A stretch of DNA of 64,000 bases. Origin: an uncultured Thermoleophilaceae bacterium. Lineage in GTDB: Bacteria; Actinomycetota; Thermoleophilia; Solirubrobacterales; Thermoleophilaceae. The notes below the pieces were generated by a model that saw nothing but the letters and a program-made list of their open reading frames with translations, had not been told where the DNA came from and searched no databases. The translations under genes were made by a program, and so were the position numbers. The stretch covers positions 33,527 to 97,526 of the forward strand of contig CAWJXU010000002.1 in NCBI GenBank assembly GCA_963846865.1, in the 5' to 3' direction. Shown in pieces: positions 20,113-28,456 of the stretch (position 1 is the stretch's first letter; each line of letters begins with the position of its first letter).

Positions 20113-20156
20113 GCGCGCCCGTCAGGATCGAACCTGAGACCTTCGGTTCCGTGGAC
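20113..20156 (-). repeat. tRNA-Arg 3'-half copy no. 1 (diverged; anticodon loop to discriminator)
   Basis: gcgcgcccgtcaggatcgaacctgagaccttcggttccgtggac versus the tRNA segment 28355-28400 shows 3 substitutions and 1 deletion. Two of the substitutions are compensatory in the T stem. Confidence 0.75.
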
Positions 20157-20196
20157 CTGGCTTGAAGTTCGTCTGGGTTCGTCTGTTCGACATCGC

Positions 20197-20601
20197 CTAC
20201 TCCCGCAGCCCGGCGGCTTCGAGGGCTTCGGCGCGGTCGTTGTACTCCATCATCCGCAGCATCCTGTCGCCACGCACAGTGCTGACGTGGAACATCCGTT
20301 CTGTCACCTCGAGGGCGGACTCCCGGCCACGAGCACGCACGCTGATGGCGGAAAAGACCGCCCCGCCCGCATCGATGACCTCCTCCACTTCGGCATGGAA
20401 CGTCTCCCAGGGTTCGAACCACCGCTCGTTCCACCGAATCAGCGCATCGTGTCCGCGAATCGGCTCGTACTCCTCTACCGGGTGGTACTCGCAGTCGGGG
20501 TCCCACACCTTTCGGACATACGAAGCGAAGTCGTTGCTCACACCGGCCTGGTTGAACGCGACGTAGGCCTCTCGCACCACCCTCACGTTCTCCTGCGACA
20601 T
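20197..20601 (-). CDS. SnoaL/NTF2-like small protein (paralog C)
   Basis: MSQENVRVVREAYVAFN...AEALEAAGLRE. Confidence 0.7.
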   Translation of the reverse strand: MSQENVRVVREAYVAFNQAGVSNDFASYVRKVWDPDCEYHPVEEYEPIRGHDALIRWNERWFEPWETFHAEVEEVIDAGGAVFSAISVRARGRESALEVTERMFHVSTVRGDRMLRMMEYNDRAEALEAAGLRE

Positions 20602-20604
20602 CGC

Positions 20605-21003
20605 CTACTCCCGTAGCCCGGCGGCTTCGAGAGCCTCCTCTTTGGTTCGACACTCGCGCACTTCGGCGATCTTGCCGTTGCGGCACTTGTTCACGTAGAT
20701 CTCATCGACCGTAACTTCGGCGTCACTGTCGCGAATGCGACCAAGCATGCGTGCAGGCATCAGAACGTACTCACCAGCGTCGATGAATTCCCTGGCCTCC
20801 ATCCGGAAATCGGAAAGGACATCCATCCACCGTGCGGCCATCGCTCGAACTGCGTCGCGGCCACGAAAGGGGCCTGGGTCTGGCTCGTCGTGAAACGCGT
20901 ACCAGACGATGTCGGGGTCGAAGTGTGCGAGCCAGGCATCCACGTCACGGCGATTGAAGGCGACGGCCGCACCCCGGACGATCTCGACGTTCTCCTGCGA
21001 CAT
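20605..21003 (-). CDS. SnoaL/NTF2-like small protein (paralog D)
   Basis: MSQENVEIVRGAAVAFNRRD...EEALEAAGLRE. It stops 3 nt before the start of paralog C. Confidence 0.7.
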   Translation of the reverse strand: MSQENVEIVRGAAVAFNRRDVDAWLAHFDPDIVWYAFHDEPDPGPFRGRDAVRAMAARWMDVLSDFRMEAREFIDAGEYVLMPARMLGRIRDSDAEVTVDEIYVNKCRNGKIAEVRECRTKEEALEAAGLRE

Positions 21004-21020
21004 CGCCGCCCAGTATCCCC

Positions 21021-22607
21021 TTAGATCTCGAGTCGCGTCTCTTCTAGGTCGAGTTCGCGCTCGACCCGGCGCATGACCTCTCCCGAGATCAGGCCCTCGT
21101 TTCGCATGCGTACGATCGCCGCCCGCTGGGCTTCGATCACGTCATGCATCAGACGCTGGTAGGCGAGCGAGCGGTCGACGATTGCGTCGTCGTCTTCGAG
21201 GTCGCCACGCAGGGTCGCGAACCGGCGGCGACGGAAGCCGTAGAGCCTCCGCAGTCGCTCGACGCTGTCCTCGCGCGTCCACTCCTCCTCGGCAAGCCAG
21301 TCAAGCGCCTCGAGAGCGGCCTCGGCGGCGGCGATCCGCGCGGCGTGCTCCTCGGCTTCCTCCTCCGCGCCATCGTCAACCACTCCCAGTCGGCGGATCA
21401 GCACCGGCAGCGTCAGCCCTTGGACGACGACCGTGAACAGGACGACGCAGTAGGCGAGGAAGATCACTAGGTCGCGCTCTGGAAAGGGTGCGCCGGCGTC
21501 GGTTTCCAGCGGCAACGCGAGCGCTGCCGCGAGAGAAACGGCGCCGCGCATCCCCGCCCAACCGGTCACCACTCGCTCGGCTGCTCCGCTGCGGCGCGCG
21601 ACCTGGCTTGGACGACGGTCGAGCGCACGGATCATGTACGGGACCGTGAATAGCCATAAGAACCGCGTTCCGACGACAACGCCGATCGTCGCGAGGGCGT
21701 AGCCGGCGAGGGTGATCTCATCTATCCCGGCGACCGCGTCGAGGATGCTCGGGAGCTGAAGCCCGATGAGCACGAACAGCACCGCGTTGAGCAGGAAGAC
21801 GATGAACTCCCAGACCGCCCTGCCCTGCATCCGCATCTGCGCTGTCGAGACCTGGGGTGCCATCCAACCGAGGTAAAGCCCGGCTGTGACCGCGGCCAGC
21901 ACGCCCGAGACCCCGAGCGCCTCTGCCGGCAGGTAGGCGGCGAAGCCAGTGGCCAGCGAGATCGCGATCTCGACCGGCACGTCGTCGAGCCGTCGCCGCA
22001 GCTCGGCGATCGCGGCGCCGACCACTAGCCCCACGGCGATCCCGCCAAGCACGGCGACAACGAAGTCGACGCTGGCGTCAAGGAGCGAGAAGCTGCCGCC
22101 GATCGCAGCCACGACCGCAACCCGATATGCGATCAGGGCCGAGGCGTCGTTGACCAGGCTCTCGCCCTCGATCAGATTGACCAGCCGGCGGGGAGCGCCG
22201 AGTTGGCGGGCGATCGCCGTCGCCGCGATCGGGTCAGTCGGCGAGACGATGGCGCCGAGCGCGAACGCGACCGCCCAGGGCAGGTCGATCAGCTCATGGC
22301 CGACGACAGCAACCGCACAGGTCGTGACCAGCACCAGTCCGATCGATGTGAGCGACAGCGCGCGCGCATCGGCCCGCAGCGCCCGCAAATCCGCGAAGAA
22401 CGCTGCCACGTAAAGCAGCGGCGGCAGGAAGATCACCAGCACCAGGTCGGGGTCGAGCTCGACGTCGGGGACGCCGGGCAGATAGCCCAGCGGGATCGCC
22501 CCGAGCACGAACACGATCGGATACGGGACGTCGAGCAGGCGCGCGATCACGCCCAGCATCGGGATCGCGACGCACAGGCCAAGGATCAGGAGCTCGGTCT
22601 CGTGCAC
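21021..22607 (-). CDS. Na+/H+ antiporter, CPA1 (NhaP-type), 528 aa
   Basis: Intact ORF with about 12 TM helices, followed by a cytoplasmic C-terminal tail (..LYGFRRRRFATLRGDLEDDD..) typical of NhaP2-like antiporters. Confidence 0.8.
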   Translation of the reverse strand: MHETELLILGLCVAIPMLGVIARLLDVPYPIVFVLGAIPLGYLPGVPDVELDPDLVLVIFLPPLLYVAAFFADLRALRADARALSLTSIGLVLVTTCAVAVVGHELIDLPWAVAFALGAIVSPTDPIAATAIARQLGAPRRLVNLIEGESLVNDASALIAYRVAVVAAIGGSFSLLDASVDFVVAVLGGIAVGLVVGAAIAELRRRLDDVPVEIAISLATGFAAYLPAEALGVSGVLAAVTAGLYLGWMAPQVSTAQMRMQGRAVWEFIVFLLNAVLFVLIGLQLPSILDAVAGIDEITLAGYALATIGVVVGTRFLWLFTVPYMIRALDRRPSQVARRSGAAERVVTGWAGMRGAVSLAAALALPLETDAGAPFPERDLVIFLAYCVVLFTVVVQGLTLPVLIRRLGVVDDGAEEEAEEHAARIAAAEAALEALDWLAEEEWTREDSVERLRRLYGFRRRRFATLRGDLEDDDAIVDRSLAYQRLMHDVIEAQRAAIVRMRNEGLISGEVMRRVERELDLEETRLEI

Positions 22608-22712
22608 GGTCAGCTCCCGGGATTAAGGCGCTCGGTGCGGATCCACGTCAGCGTAGTGCGAGGCCGGTTGGCCGCTGGGAACACACCTGACCGGCGACGC
22701 TTTACTTCGAAA

Positions 22713-22757
22713 GCGCGCCCGACAGGATTCGAACCTGTGACCTTCGGTTCCGTAGAC
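22713..22757 (-). repeat. tRNA-Arg 3'-half copy no. 2
   Basis: 45/45 identical to 28355-28399 (gcgcgcccgacaggattcgaacctgtgaccttcggttccgtagac). Confidence 0.9.
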
Positions 22758-22945
22758 CTCGGCTGAGTATGGGCTGACCGCTCTACGTAGCGATTCCTAT
22801 CGAAAAGCCCGCAAACGCGGAGTTTTTCCCGTTACGGGAGGTTCCCTACGCCACCGCGTCGAGCGAGTTCTCGAGGACGCCTTCGCTACGAGCGAATCTC
22901 GCTACGCGGGGCAACCACGCGCGCGCAAGAGGTCTCCAACGAAAG

Positions 22946-25900
22946 CTACTGTCGTCGTGAGTCCCGACCGGGGCCGCCATTCAGCCTGTCTCTGGCCCGC
23001 CCTCCGACCAACCGGTCCCTGCCGCGCCCGCCGAACAGCCGGTCCCTGGCGCCCCCGCCGAACAGCTTGTCGCGGCCGGCATTGCCGCGCAGCACGTCGG
23101 CGCGGCCGCCCCCGCGCAGCGTGTCCTTGCCGCCGTTGCCGCGCAACGCGTCCTTACCCGCGCCGCCGAACAGCCGGTCCCTGGCCCGCCCGCCGAACAG
23201 CCTGTCGCGGCCGGCATTGCCGCGGAGTAGGTCGGCGCCGCCGCCGCCGCGCAGTGTGTCCTTGCGGCCGTTGCCGCGCAGGGCGTCCTTACCCGCGCCG
23301 CCGACGAGCCTGTCCCTGCCCGCTCCGCCACAGACCAGGTCGTTGCCGCCCAACCCCCTGATCACGTCGTCGCCGGCAAGGCCGACGATCACGTCGCGCC
23401 CGCGCGTTCCCCTGAGCCTGTCGACAGCGGCAGTGCCAACAACCGTCGCCGTCTTACCGACACAGCGCAGCGAAGGTGTCTCACGCGCTGTGCGCGCGCA
23501 GGCGCGCAGGTCGAGCTGCTTGGTCTCGCCACGGTCGATCTGGACCTGCTGGGTGTCGAGCACTCGCCCGCCGACCTCGCAGGTGAGCGTGTACCTCTCC
23601 ACTTGGGCTGGCTTGAGCGGCAGCGGCGCCGAGTAGGTGATCTCGACCTCGTACGGCTCGCCCGCAGCGAAGTTGTTCACCCGCAGCACGTACTTCTTGC
23701 CCGCAGGCAGCCGCGGTTGCCCGGAGGCCGAGACTTCCTCGATGTTGCTCGGCCCAGTCTGGCTCGTGCTCACCACCGGCTCGTCGTCCTGGGACTTGCC
23801 GTCGCCGTTGGTGTCCTCGTAGAGCCTGATGTCCCAGTCGCTCGCCAGGCTGGGCCACGAGACGCGAACGTCCATGGTGGCGTTGTCGCCGTCGCTCGGG
23901 ATCGTGATCGGGTGGTCGTTGTAGTGCGCCGGGTCGTTGGAGTTGGCCCCATCGACGGGGTCCCCGGCGGGCGCCGCGCCGTCGCTGCCCGGGTCGTCGT
24001 CGTTACCTGCCGGACTGCCGGAACGCGTCTCCGGCGGGCTCGGCTCGCCCGCGTCGGGCACGCCGGTCTCCTTGGCCACGATCGGGCGCGTCGAGGGATT
24101 GACATGCCAGCGGACGCGGCCGTCCGGCCCGATGTCGTAGACGGTCTCCAGCTTGTCGTCGAACAGGATCGGCTGCTCGTCGGGCGGCTGGGGGAACGTC
24201 TCGGTCCTGAACGTCTTGGTCAGGCGCAGCCTGGCCCCTGCGGGACCGCGACCCTCGAGCACGCTGTGCCGCTCCTCGTTGAGCGTGCTCTCGGCGGCTA
24301 TGTAGTACGCCTCGCGGTTCCCCTGGCCGTCGAAGCCGGCGTCCGGGCCGGGATCGTCCTCGTGGTCGGCCTGCGGGTTCTCACCCGTCCACTCCTTGAC
24401 CATCGTCTCGTGGAGCGGATGAAATGCCGGGTCGTCGCAGTCGCCAGTGTCGTAGTTGGGCGCGCCGCAGTAGATCTCGAAAGTGAACCCGAAGCCGCCG
24501 ACGCTGTTGTAGCTCCAGTCCTCGGTCGTCCCGGTCGTGTCGTACAGCTCGAAGCTCTTCTGGCTGAAGTAGCCATTGTGCTTGGCCATCGCGTCGCCCA
24601 GCGCCTTGTAGCCGCGCTTCTCGTCGACCGGATCGCCCAGCGCCGCCAGGCCTGGCGCGCGCAGCACCAGGCCGGCGGTCGTGTGGTTGGTGATCAGCGT
24701 GACCACCTGGTTACGGGAGACGAGCGACTGGATGTTGCGGGTCTCCGGCTCGGAGAACGGGGCAGGCCCGCGATAGGTCTGGACCGCTGGGTTGCTCGGG
24801 TCGGCACCCGGGCCGCCCCAGAGGCCGCCGTAGTTGCGGTTCGGGTCCACGCCGTTTTCGGCCAGTCCCGCGGACGTCGTGCAGTTGCCGGCTTCGGAAT
24901 CGTCCGGAAGGCGACAGTTCTTGCGCCGGTACTCGCCCCCGGTCGCTGCTCCGCCCACCAGGTAGGCCGTGTCGTCGACGGACTCGTCGCGGCCCTCGTC
25001 GGGCGCGCCGGCGGAGCCGCGCGAGGCCTCGAAGCCGTCCGGGTTGACGATCGGCACGATGATGTTGCGGCTGTTGCGCACGATCTTGGTGGCGCGCGGG
25101 TCATCGGCCTTGAAGCCGGTGATCAGCTCGTAGGCCCACTCCATCGCGTGCTCGCCCGAGGGCCACTCGCGCGCATGGTGGACGCCCATGTTCAGGAACG
25201 CCGGCTTACCGTCGTTTGCGTTGACGTTGGTCGTGATCTCGATGCCCATCACTTCCTTGCCGAGCCACGTCTTATGCGGCAGCGTGAACAGGCGAACGAG
25301 GCCCGGGTTCGCGTCGGCCAGTTCCTTCAGTTCGCTGTTGTAGTCGGCCAGCGTGCGGTACGTGGTGCGGCCGCTGGGGAGACCGGACGCGGCCTGGGCC
25401 GCACGGCTCTCGGCGATCCGCTGCCGGTGGCTCTGCGCGACCAGGTCCTCGACCAGCACCCGCCAGTGCAGGCCGGCCTTGAGGAGCGCGGCCTCGTCGT
25501 CGGGCCCGTGCAGCACGACGCCCAGGCTCTCCGAGCCACCGTGCTCGGTCATGTCGAGCCCGAGCGCCAACAGCTGGTCCTTGTGCGCGGGCGTGGGCGT
25601 GAGCACGCTCACGAGCTTCGGCGCGTTGCGCTTCGCCAGCTTCAGCGCGCCGTCGCCCAGCCCGGCGTGCTCGAGCGTGGCGGGGACGGACGCCGCGCCA
25701 CCCGAGCGGCGGCAGGCCTGCACGCGGAGCGTCCCGGCTGCGGAGGCGTAACCGACCGCGACCTCTTGGGCGTCGGGAGACGCGTCGGCCGCGATCGCGC
25801 GACCGGCCACGTCGAACACAGCGACGTCCCAGTCGCCTCTATGACCCGCGAGCTCGACCGTCACCTGGCCCGGGCCGGCGACGTCCACGCTGCGGCTGGC

Positions 25901-26092
25901 TACGCCCGCACGGCCAGGACGGTACGCGAGATGGCAGCCGGCCTCGTAGGTGCCGGGCGCGGCGTTGAGGGTGCCGTCGAGCACCGTGGTGGGCCCGTGC
26001 AGGAGCTCGGTTCCCCGTGCCATTCCACTGCCGGCAACGCCGGCGGCGAACACGACGGAGAAGAGGAGTGAGAGGCGATGGATGCGTGACAC
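22946..26092 (-). CDS. Secreted M14-family zinc carboxypeptidase-like protein with PPC-like domains and a C-terminal RTX-type Ca-binding repeat tail
   Basis: GTG 26092 is preceded by AAGGGAG. Signal peptide VSRIHRLSLLFSVVFAAGVAGSGMA. 'GVHHAREWPSGEH' (HxxE) and 'GVDPNRNYG'. The tail is ..GGAGKDALRGNGGKDTLRGGG.. nonapeptides. Confidence 0.75.
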   Translation of the reverse strand: MSRIHRLSLLFSVVFAAGVAGSGMARGTELLHGPTTVLDGTLNAAPGTYEAGCHLAYRPGRAGVASRSVDVAGPGQVTVELAGHRGDWDVAVFDVAGRAIAADASPDAQEVAVGYASAAGTLRVQACRRSGGAASVPATLEHAGLGDGALKLAKRNAPKLVSVLTPTPAHKDQLLALGLDMTEHGGSESLGVVLHGPDDEAALLKAGLHWRVLVEDLVAQSHRQRIAESRAAQAASGLPSGRTTYRTLADYNSELKELADANPGLVRLFTLPHKTWLGKEVMGIEITTNVNANDGKPAFLNMGVHHAREWPSGEHAMEWAYELITGFKADDPRATKIVRNSRNIIVPIVNPDGFEASRGSAGAPDEGRDESVDDTAYLVGGAATGGEYRRKNCRLPDDSEAGNCTTSAGLAENGVDPNRNYGGLWGGPGADPSNPAVQTYRGPAPFSEPETRNIQSLVSRNQVVTLITNHTTAGLVLRAPGLAALGDPVDEKRGYKALGDAMAKHNGYFSQKSFELYDTTGTTEDWSYNSVGGFGFTFEIYCGAPNYDTGDCDDPAFHPLHETMVKEWTGENPQADHEDDPGPDAGFDGQGNREAYYIAAESTLNEERHSVLEGRGPAGARLRLTKTFRTETFPQPPDEQPILFDDKLETVYDIGPDGRVRWHVNPSTRPIVAKETGVPDAGEPSPPETRSGSPAGNDDDPGSDGAAPAGDPVDGANSNDPAHYNDHPITIPSDGDNATMDVRVSWPSLASDWDIRLYEDTNGDGKSQDDEPVVSTSQTGPSNIEEVSASGQPRLPAGKKYVLRVNNFAAGEPYEVEITYSAPLPLKPAQVERYTLTCEVGGRVLDTQQVQIDRGETKQLDLRACARTARETPSLRCVGKTATVVGTAAVDRLRGTRGRDVIVGLAGDDVIRGLGGNDLVCGGAGRDRLVGGAGKDALRGNGRKDTLRGGGGADLLRGNAGRDRLFGGRARDRLFGGAGKDALRGNGGKDTLRGGGRADVLRGNAGRDKLFGGGARDRLFGGRGRDRLVGGRARDRLNGGPGRDSRRQ
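23036..23305. repeat. Two near-identical 135-bp tandem units inside the RTX-like tail
   Basis: cagccggtccctggc..ccgccgaacag..tgtcgcggccggcattgccgcg recurs at 23036 and 23171, a 135-nt offset equal to 5 nonapeptides. Confidence 0.85.
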
Positions 26093-26400
26093 GGCGACTC
26101 CCTTTCGCTGATGCGCGCACCTCCCGGGAACGACCGCCTCCCGCGGACCTCGCGGTTCAGGTGGCCGACGGTGCACGACTCGTACCCTTACGGCCCGCAC
26201 CATAGTCGCCAGCACGACGCCGTGAGCCGGGTTGAATCGCCGCAGTAACGCGGTTCCGTCAAACCGGGGGATCTGCAGGTCTGAAGTACCTGAGGGCTGT
26301 TGGCGGGAAGGATGTCCAGATGGCTCCCACAGGCGGTGTGTTGCCCCATTAGTTGCCCCACCGCCCTTTCAGCCCCTCGGAGCGAAGCCCTAGAACGACG

Positions 26401-26423
26401 AAACCCGCTCTGGAAGCGGGTTT
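26401..26423. terminator. Hairpin AAACCCGC-tctggaa-GCGGGTTT immediately 3' of tRNA-Arg fragment no. 3
   Basis: Perfect 8-bp stem flanked by T/A on both sides. This is a weak, bidirectional-looking terminator candidate. Confidence 0.3.
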
Positions 26424-26429
26424 CTAAAA

Positions 26430-26473
26430 GCGCGCCCGACAGGATTCGAACCTGTGACCTTCGGTTCCGTAGA
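26430..26473 (-). repeat. tRNA-Arg 3'-half copy no. 3
   Basis: 44/44 identical to 28355-28398, diverging at the last base (gtagaG). Confidence 0.9.
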
Positions 26474-26830
26474 GCTCGCTTGGCGTTCGGCTGAGTTCGT
26501 CTGCGTACGGCGAAGCTGCTCTAGCAGGCCGATTCAGGGCGGTCCTCCGACTGGCGAGTTCGTCTGGGATCCGTGGCGTGCGTTGCCCCAATGTTGCCCC
26601 GCGACCGTGCGATGAGCACGAGATGGCCGACCCGCGGTTGGCGCGTGCGCCCAAGCGGGTGTAGGGTCGCAAGCGGTGCTTTGACTCGCACCGCACCACT
26701 CCCAACCCAAGCCATGAAGCAGCACCCCCTGGTCTCGGATTGTCGTCGTTTTGCGCGCTCGACGAGGCATGGGGATCGTGCGAGGTGTGTAACCCCGACG
26801 GCGAAAACTTCACGCTCTGACGGAGGAACA

Positions 26831-27277
26831 ATGCCGCTGACCAAGCCAACTACCGCCTTCGCGATCTTGTTGCTCATCGCCGTGCCGCTCGGGGCATGTG
26901 ACGGCGACGACGAGAGCGAGGAGACGGCCGCCCCAAAACCCGCCCCGACCGTGCTCACGGTCAAAGCGCTGAGGTCGGGCCCCGACGGGGTGTACCGATT
27001 CGACGTCAAGGAGCTCGAGGCAAAGGCCGGGCCGATCACGTTCGAGTTCCATAACGGCGATACGACGGCGGTTCACAACCTACGCATCCAGACGGGTTCC
27101 AAGTGCTGCTTTGGCCCGCAGAACAAAGACGTCGGCGGGACGGACACGATCGACTCAGGCACCGACCAACAGGTGACTCTGACGCTCGAGCCCGGCCCCT
27201 ATGTGTTCCTGTGCTCCCTCGGTGGCCATTGGAATAGCGACATCGGCAAGATGCGCGGAACACTCGTCGTCAACTGA
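26831..27277 (+). CDS. Cupredoxin-fold lipoprotein
   Basis: GGAGGA lies 4 nt before the ATG at 26831. Lipobox LGAC. ..FHNGDTTAVHNLRI..YVFLCSLGGHWNSDIGKMRGTLVV shows a His..Cys..His..Met pattern with unusual spacing. Confidence 0.6.
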   Translation: MPLTKPTTAFAILLLIAVPLGACDGDDESEETAAPKPAPTVLTVKALRSGPDGVYRFDVKELEAKAGPITFEFHNGDTTAVHNLRIQTGSKCCFGPQNKDVGGTDTIDSGTDQQVTLTLEPGPYVFLCSLGGHWNSDIGKMRGTLVVN

Positions 27278-27305
27278 CCGTCTCTCGACGAGCGGGCTTC
27301 CGTGA

Positions 27306-27350
27306 GCGCGCCCGACAGGATTCGAACCTGTGACCTTCGGTTCCGTAGAC
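27306..27350 (-). repeat. tRNA-Arg 3'-half copy no. 4
   Basis: 45/45 identical to 28355-28399. Confidence 0.9.
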
Positions 27351-27502
27351 CTCGGACGCTGTTCGTTGGGGTGCGTTGGCATCCACCGGTCACGGTGTTC
27401 ACGGCGGATCGGACTCAGTGAGCAATGTTCGCGTTCGTCCGAGATCGGTCGGATGCGTTGCCCCGATGTTGCCCCACTTGAAGTCCTGGCGGGAGGGCGG
27501 TT

Positions 27503-27919
27503 TTACTCCCCAGCCCCAGCGGCTTCGAGGGCTTCGGCAGGCGTCGGGAAGTAGCGCACGCGCATGAACCGTTGTGGGCCGGTGCCGTCGTGGAAGTCGA
27601 GCAGCCAAGCCAGCTCTCGCGCGACCTCGAGTCCACTCCTCTCACCCTTGGCTCGCAGCCGCCCGACCATCAGGACGCTGTCGCCAAGGTCGCGGTAATC
27701 GTCCACCTCGACCTTGAACCACTCCCATGCGTCGGCGAGGTCGCGGAGAAACTGCCTGATCCCATCGTGGCCGCGATATGTCCCGACTCCGCCGGAGAGG
27801 CTGGCGAGGTAGGACACGTACTCGACGCTCGGATCGGCAATCTCCAGCAACGCGGCGAGATCCTCTCGGTTGAGCGCAGCGACCCATCCCTGTACAGCCT
27901 CGACGTTCTCCCGCGACAT
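27503..27919 (-). CDS. SnoaL/NTF2-like small protein (paralog E)
   Basis: MSRENVEAVQGWVAALNRED...AEALEAAGAGE. Confidence 0.7.
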   Translation of the reverse strand: MSRENVEAVQGWVAALNREDLAALLEIADPSVEYVSYLASLSGGVGTYRGHDGIRQFLRDLADAWEWFKVEVDDYRDLGDSVLMVGRLRAKGERSGLEVARELAWLLDFHDGTGPQRFMRVRYFPTPAEALEAAGAGE

Positions 27920-27922
27920 CGC

Positions 27923-28327
27923 CTACTCCCGCCGCCCCACGGCCTTGAGGGCGTCTACAGGGTCGCGAAACGCCCGCCACCGAAGGATGCGCCCGTCACG
28001 GAACTCGACGACCCAGCCCGCAGGCATCTTGTTCTCGACGCCGCTGGTCTTGCTGCGGTAGCGGAGGGAGCCGACGAGGACCGCTACGTCACGGACGGCG
28101 AGCGTGTCGTCAACGTCAGCGCGTGCCTCGTCCCACGCGTCACTGAGATCGCTCACCCACTGCCGGGCACCGTCGTGGCCGTGGTAGACGCCCCCCTCCT
28201 CGGCCAACTCCGCAAAGAACGAGTGCCACTCGACCTCGGGGTGGCTCAGCTCGATCAGGCCGGACGCGTCCCGTCGGGTCAGCGCATCCATGGCCTGTCG
28301 AGCCAGGTCCAAATTCTCCAGCGACAT
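27923..28327 (-). CDS. SnoaL/NTF2-like small protein (paralog F)
   Basis: From the internal ATG at 28327: MSLENLDLARQAMDALTRRD...VDALKAVGRRE. The longer ORF to 28441 is the antisense of the tRNA. Confidence 0.65.
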   Translation of the reverse strand: MSLENLDLARQAMDALTRRDASGLIELSHPEVEWHSFFAELAEEGGVYHGHDGARQWVSDLSDAWDEARADVDDTLAVRDVAVLVGSLRYRSKTSGVENKMPAGWVVEFRDGRILRWRAFRDPVDALKAVGRRE

Positions 28328-28355
28328 CGTCCGCGCAGTATCTCTGAACAGGAAG

Positions 28356-28429
<74 letters not shown>

Positions 28430-28456
28430 GTGAAGCGCCAAGCGTAGCGAGGGCGC

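Noticed and set aside
19190-21003. SnoaL-like gene pairs as toxin-antitoxin modules.
   Set aside because: Both members of each pair are paralogs of the same fold and similar size. None shows a DNA-binding or known toxin motif.
26424-27645. Short ORFs reading through the conserved arm motifs (peptides containing GNIGATH[A/P]TD), considered as integrase or excisionase remnants.
   Set aside because: They are under 175 codons, overlap the tRNA fragments or the cupredoxin gene, and show no tyrosine- or serine-recombinase motifs. The conservation is better explained at DNA level by the GTTGCCCC repeats.
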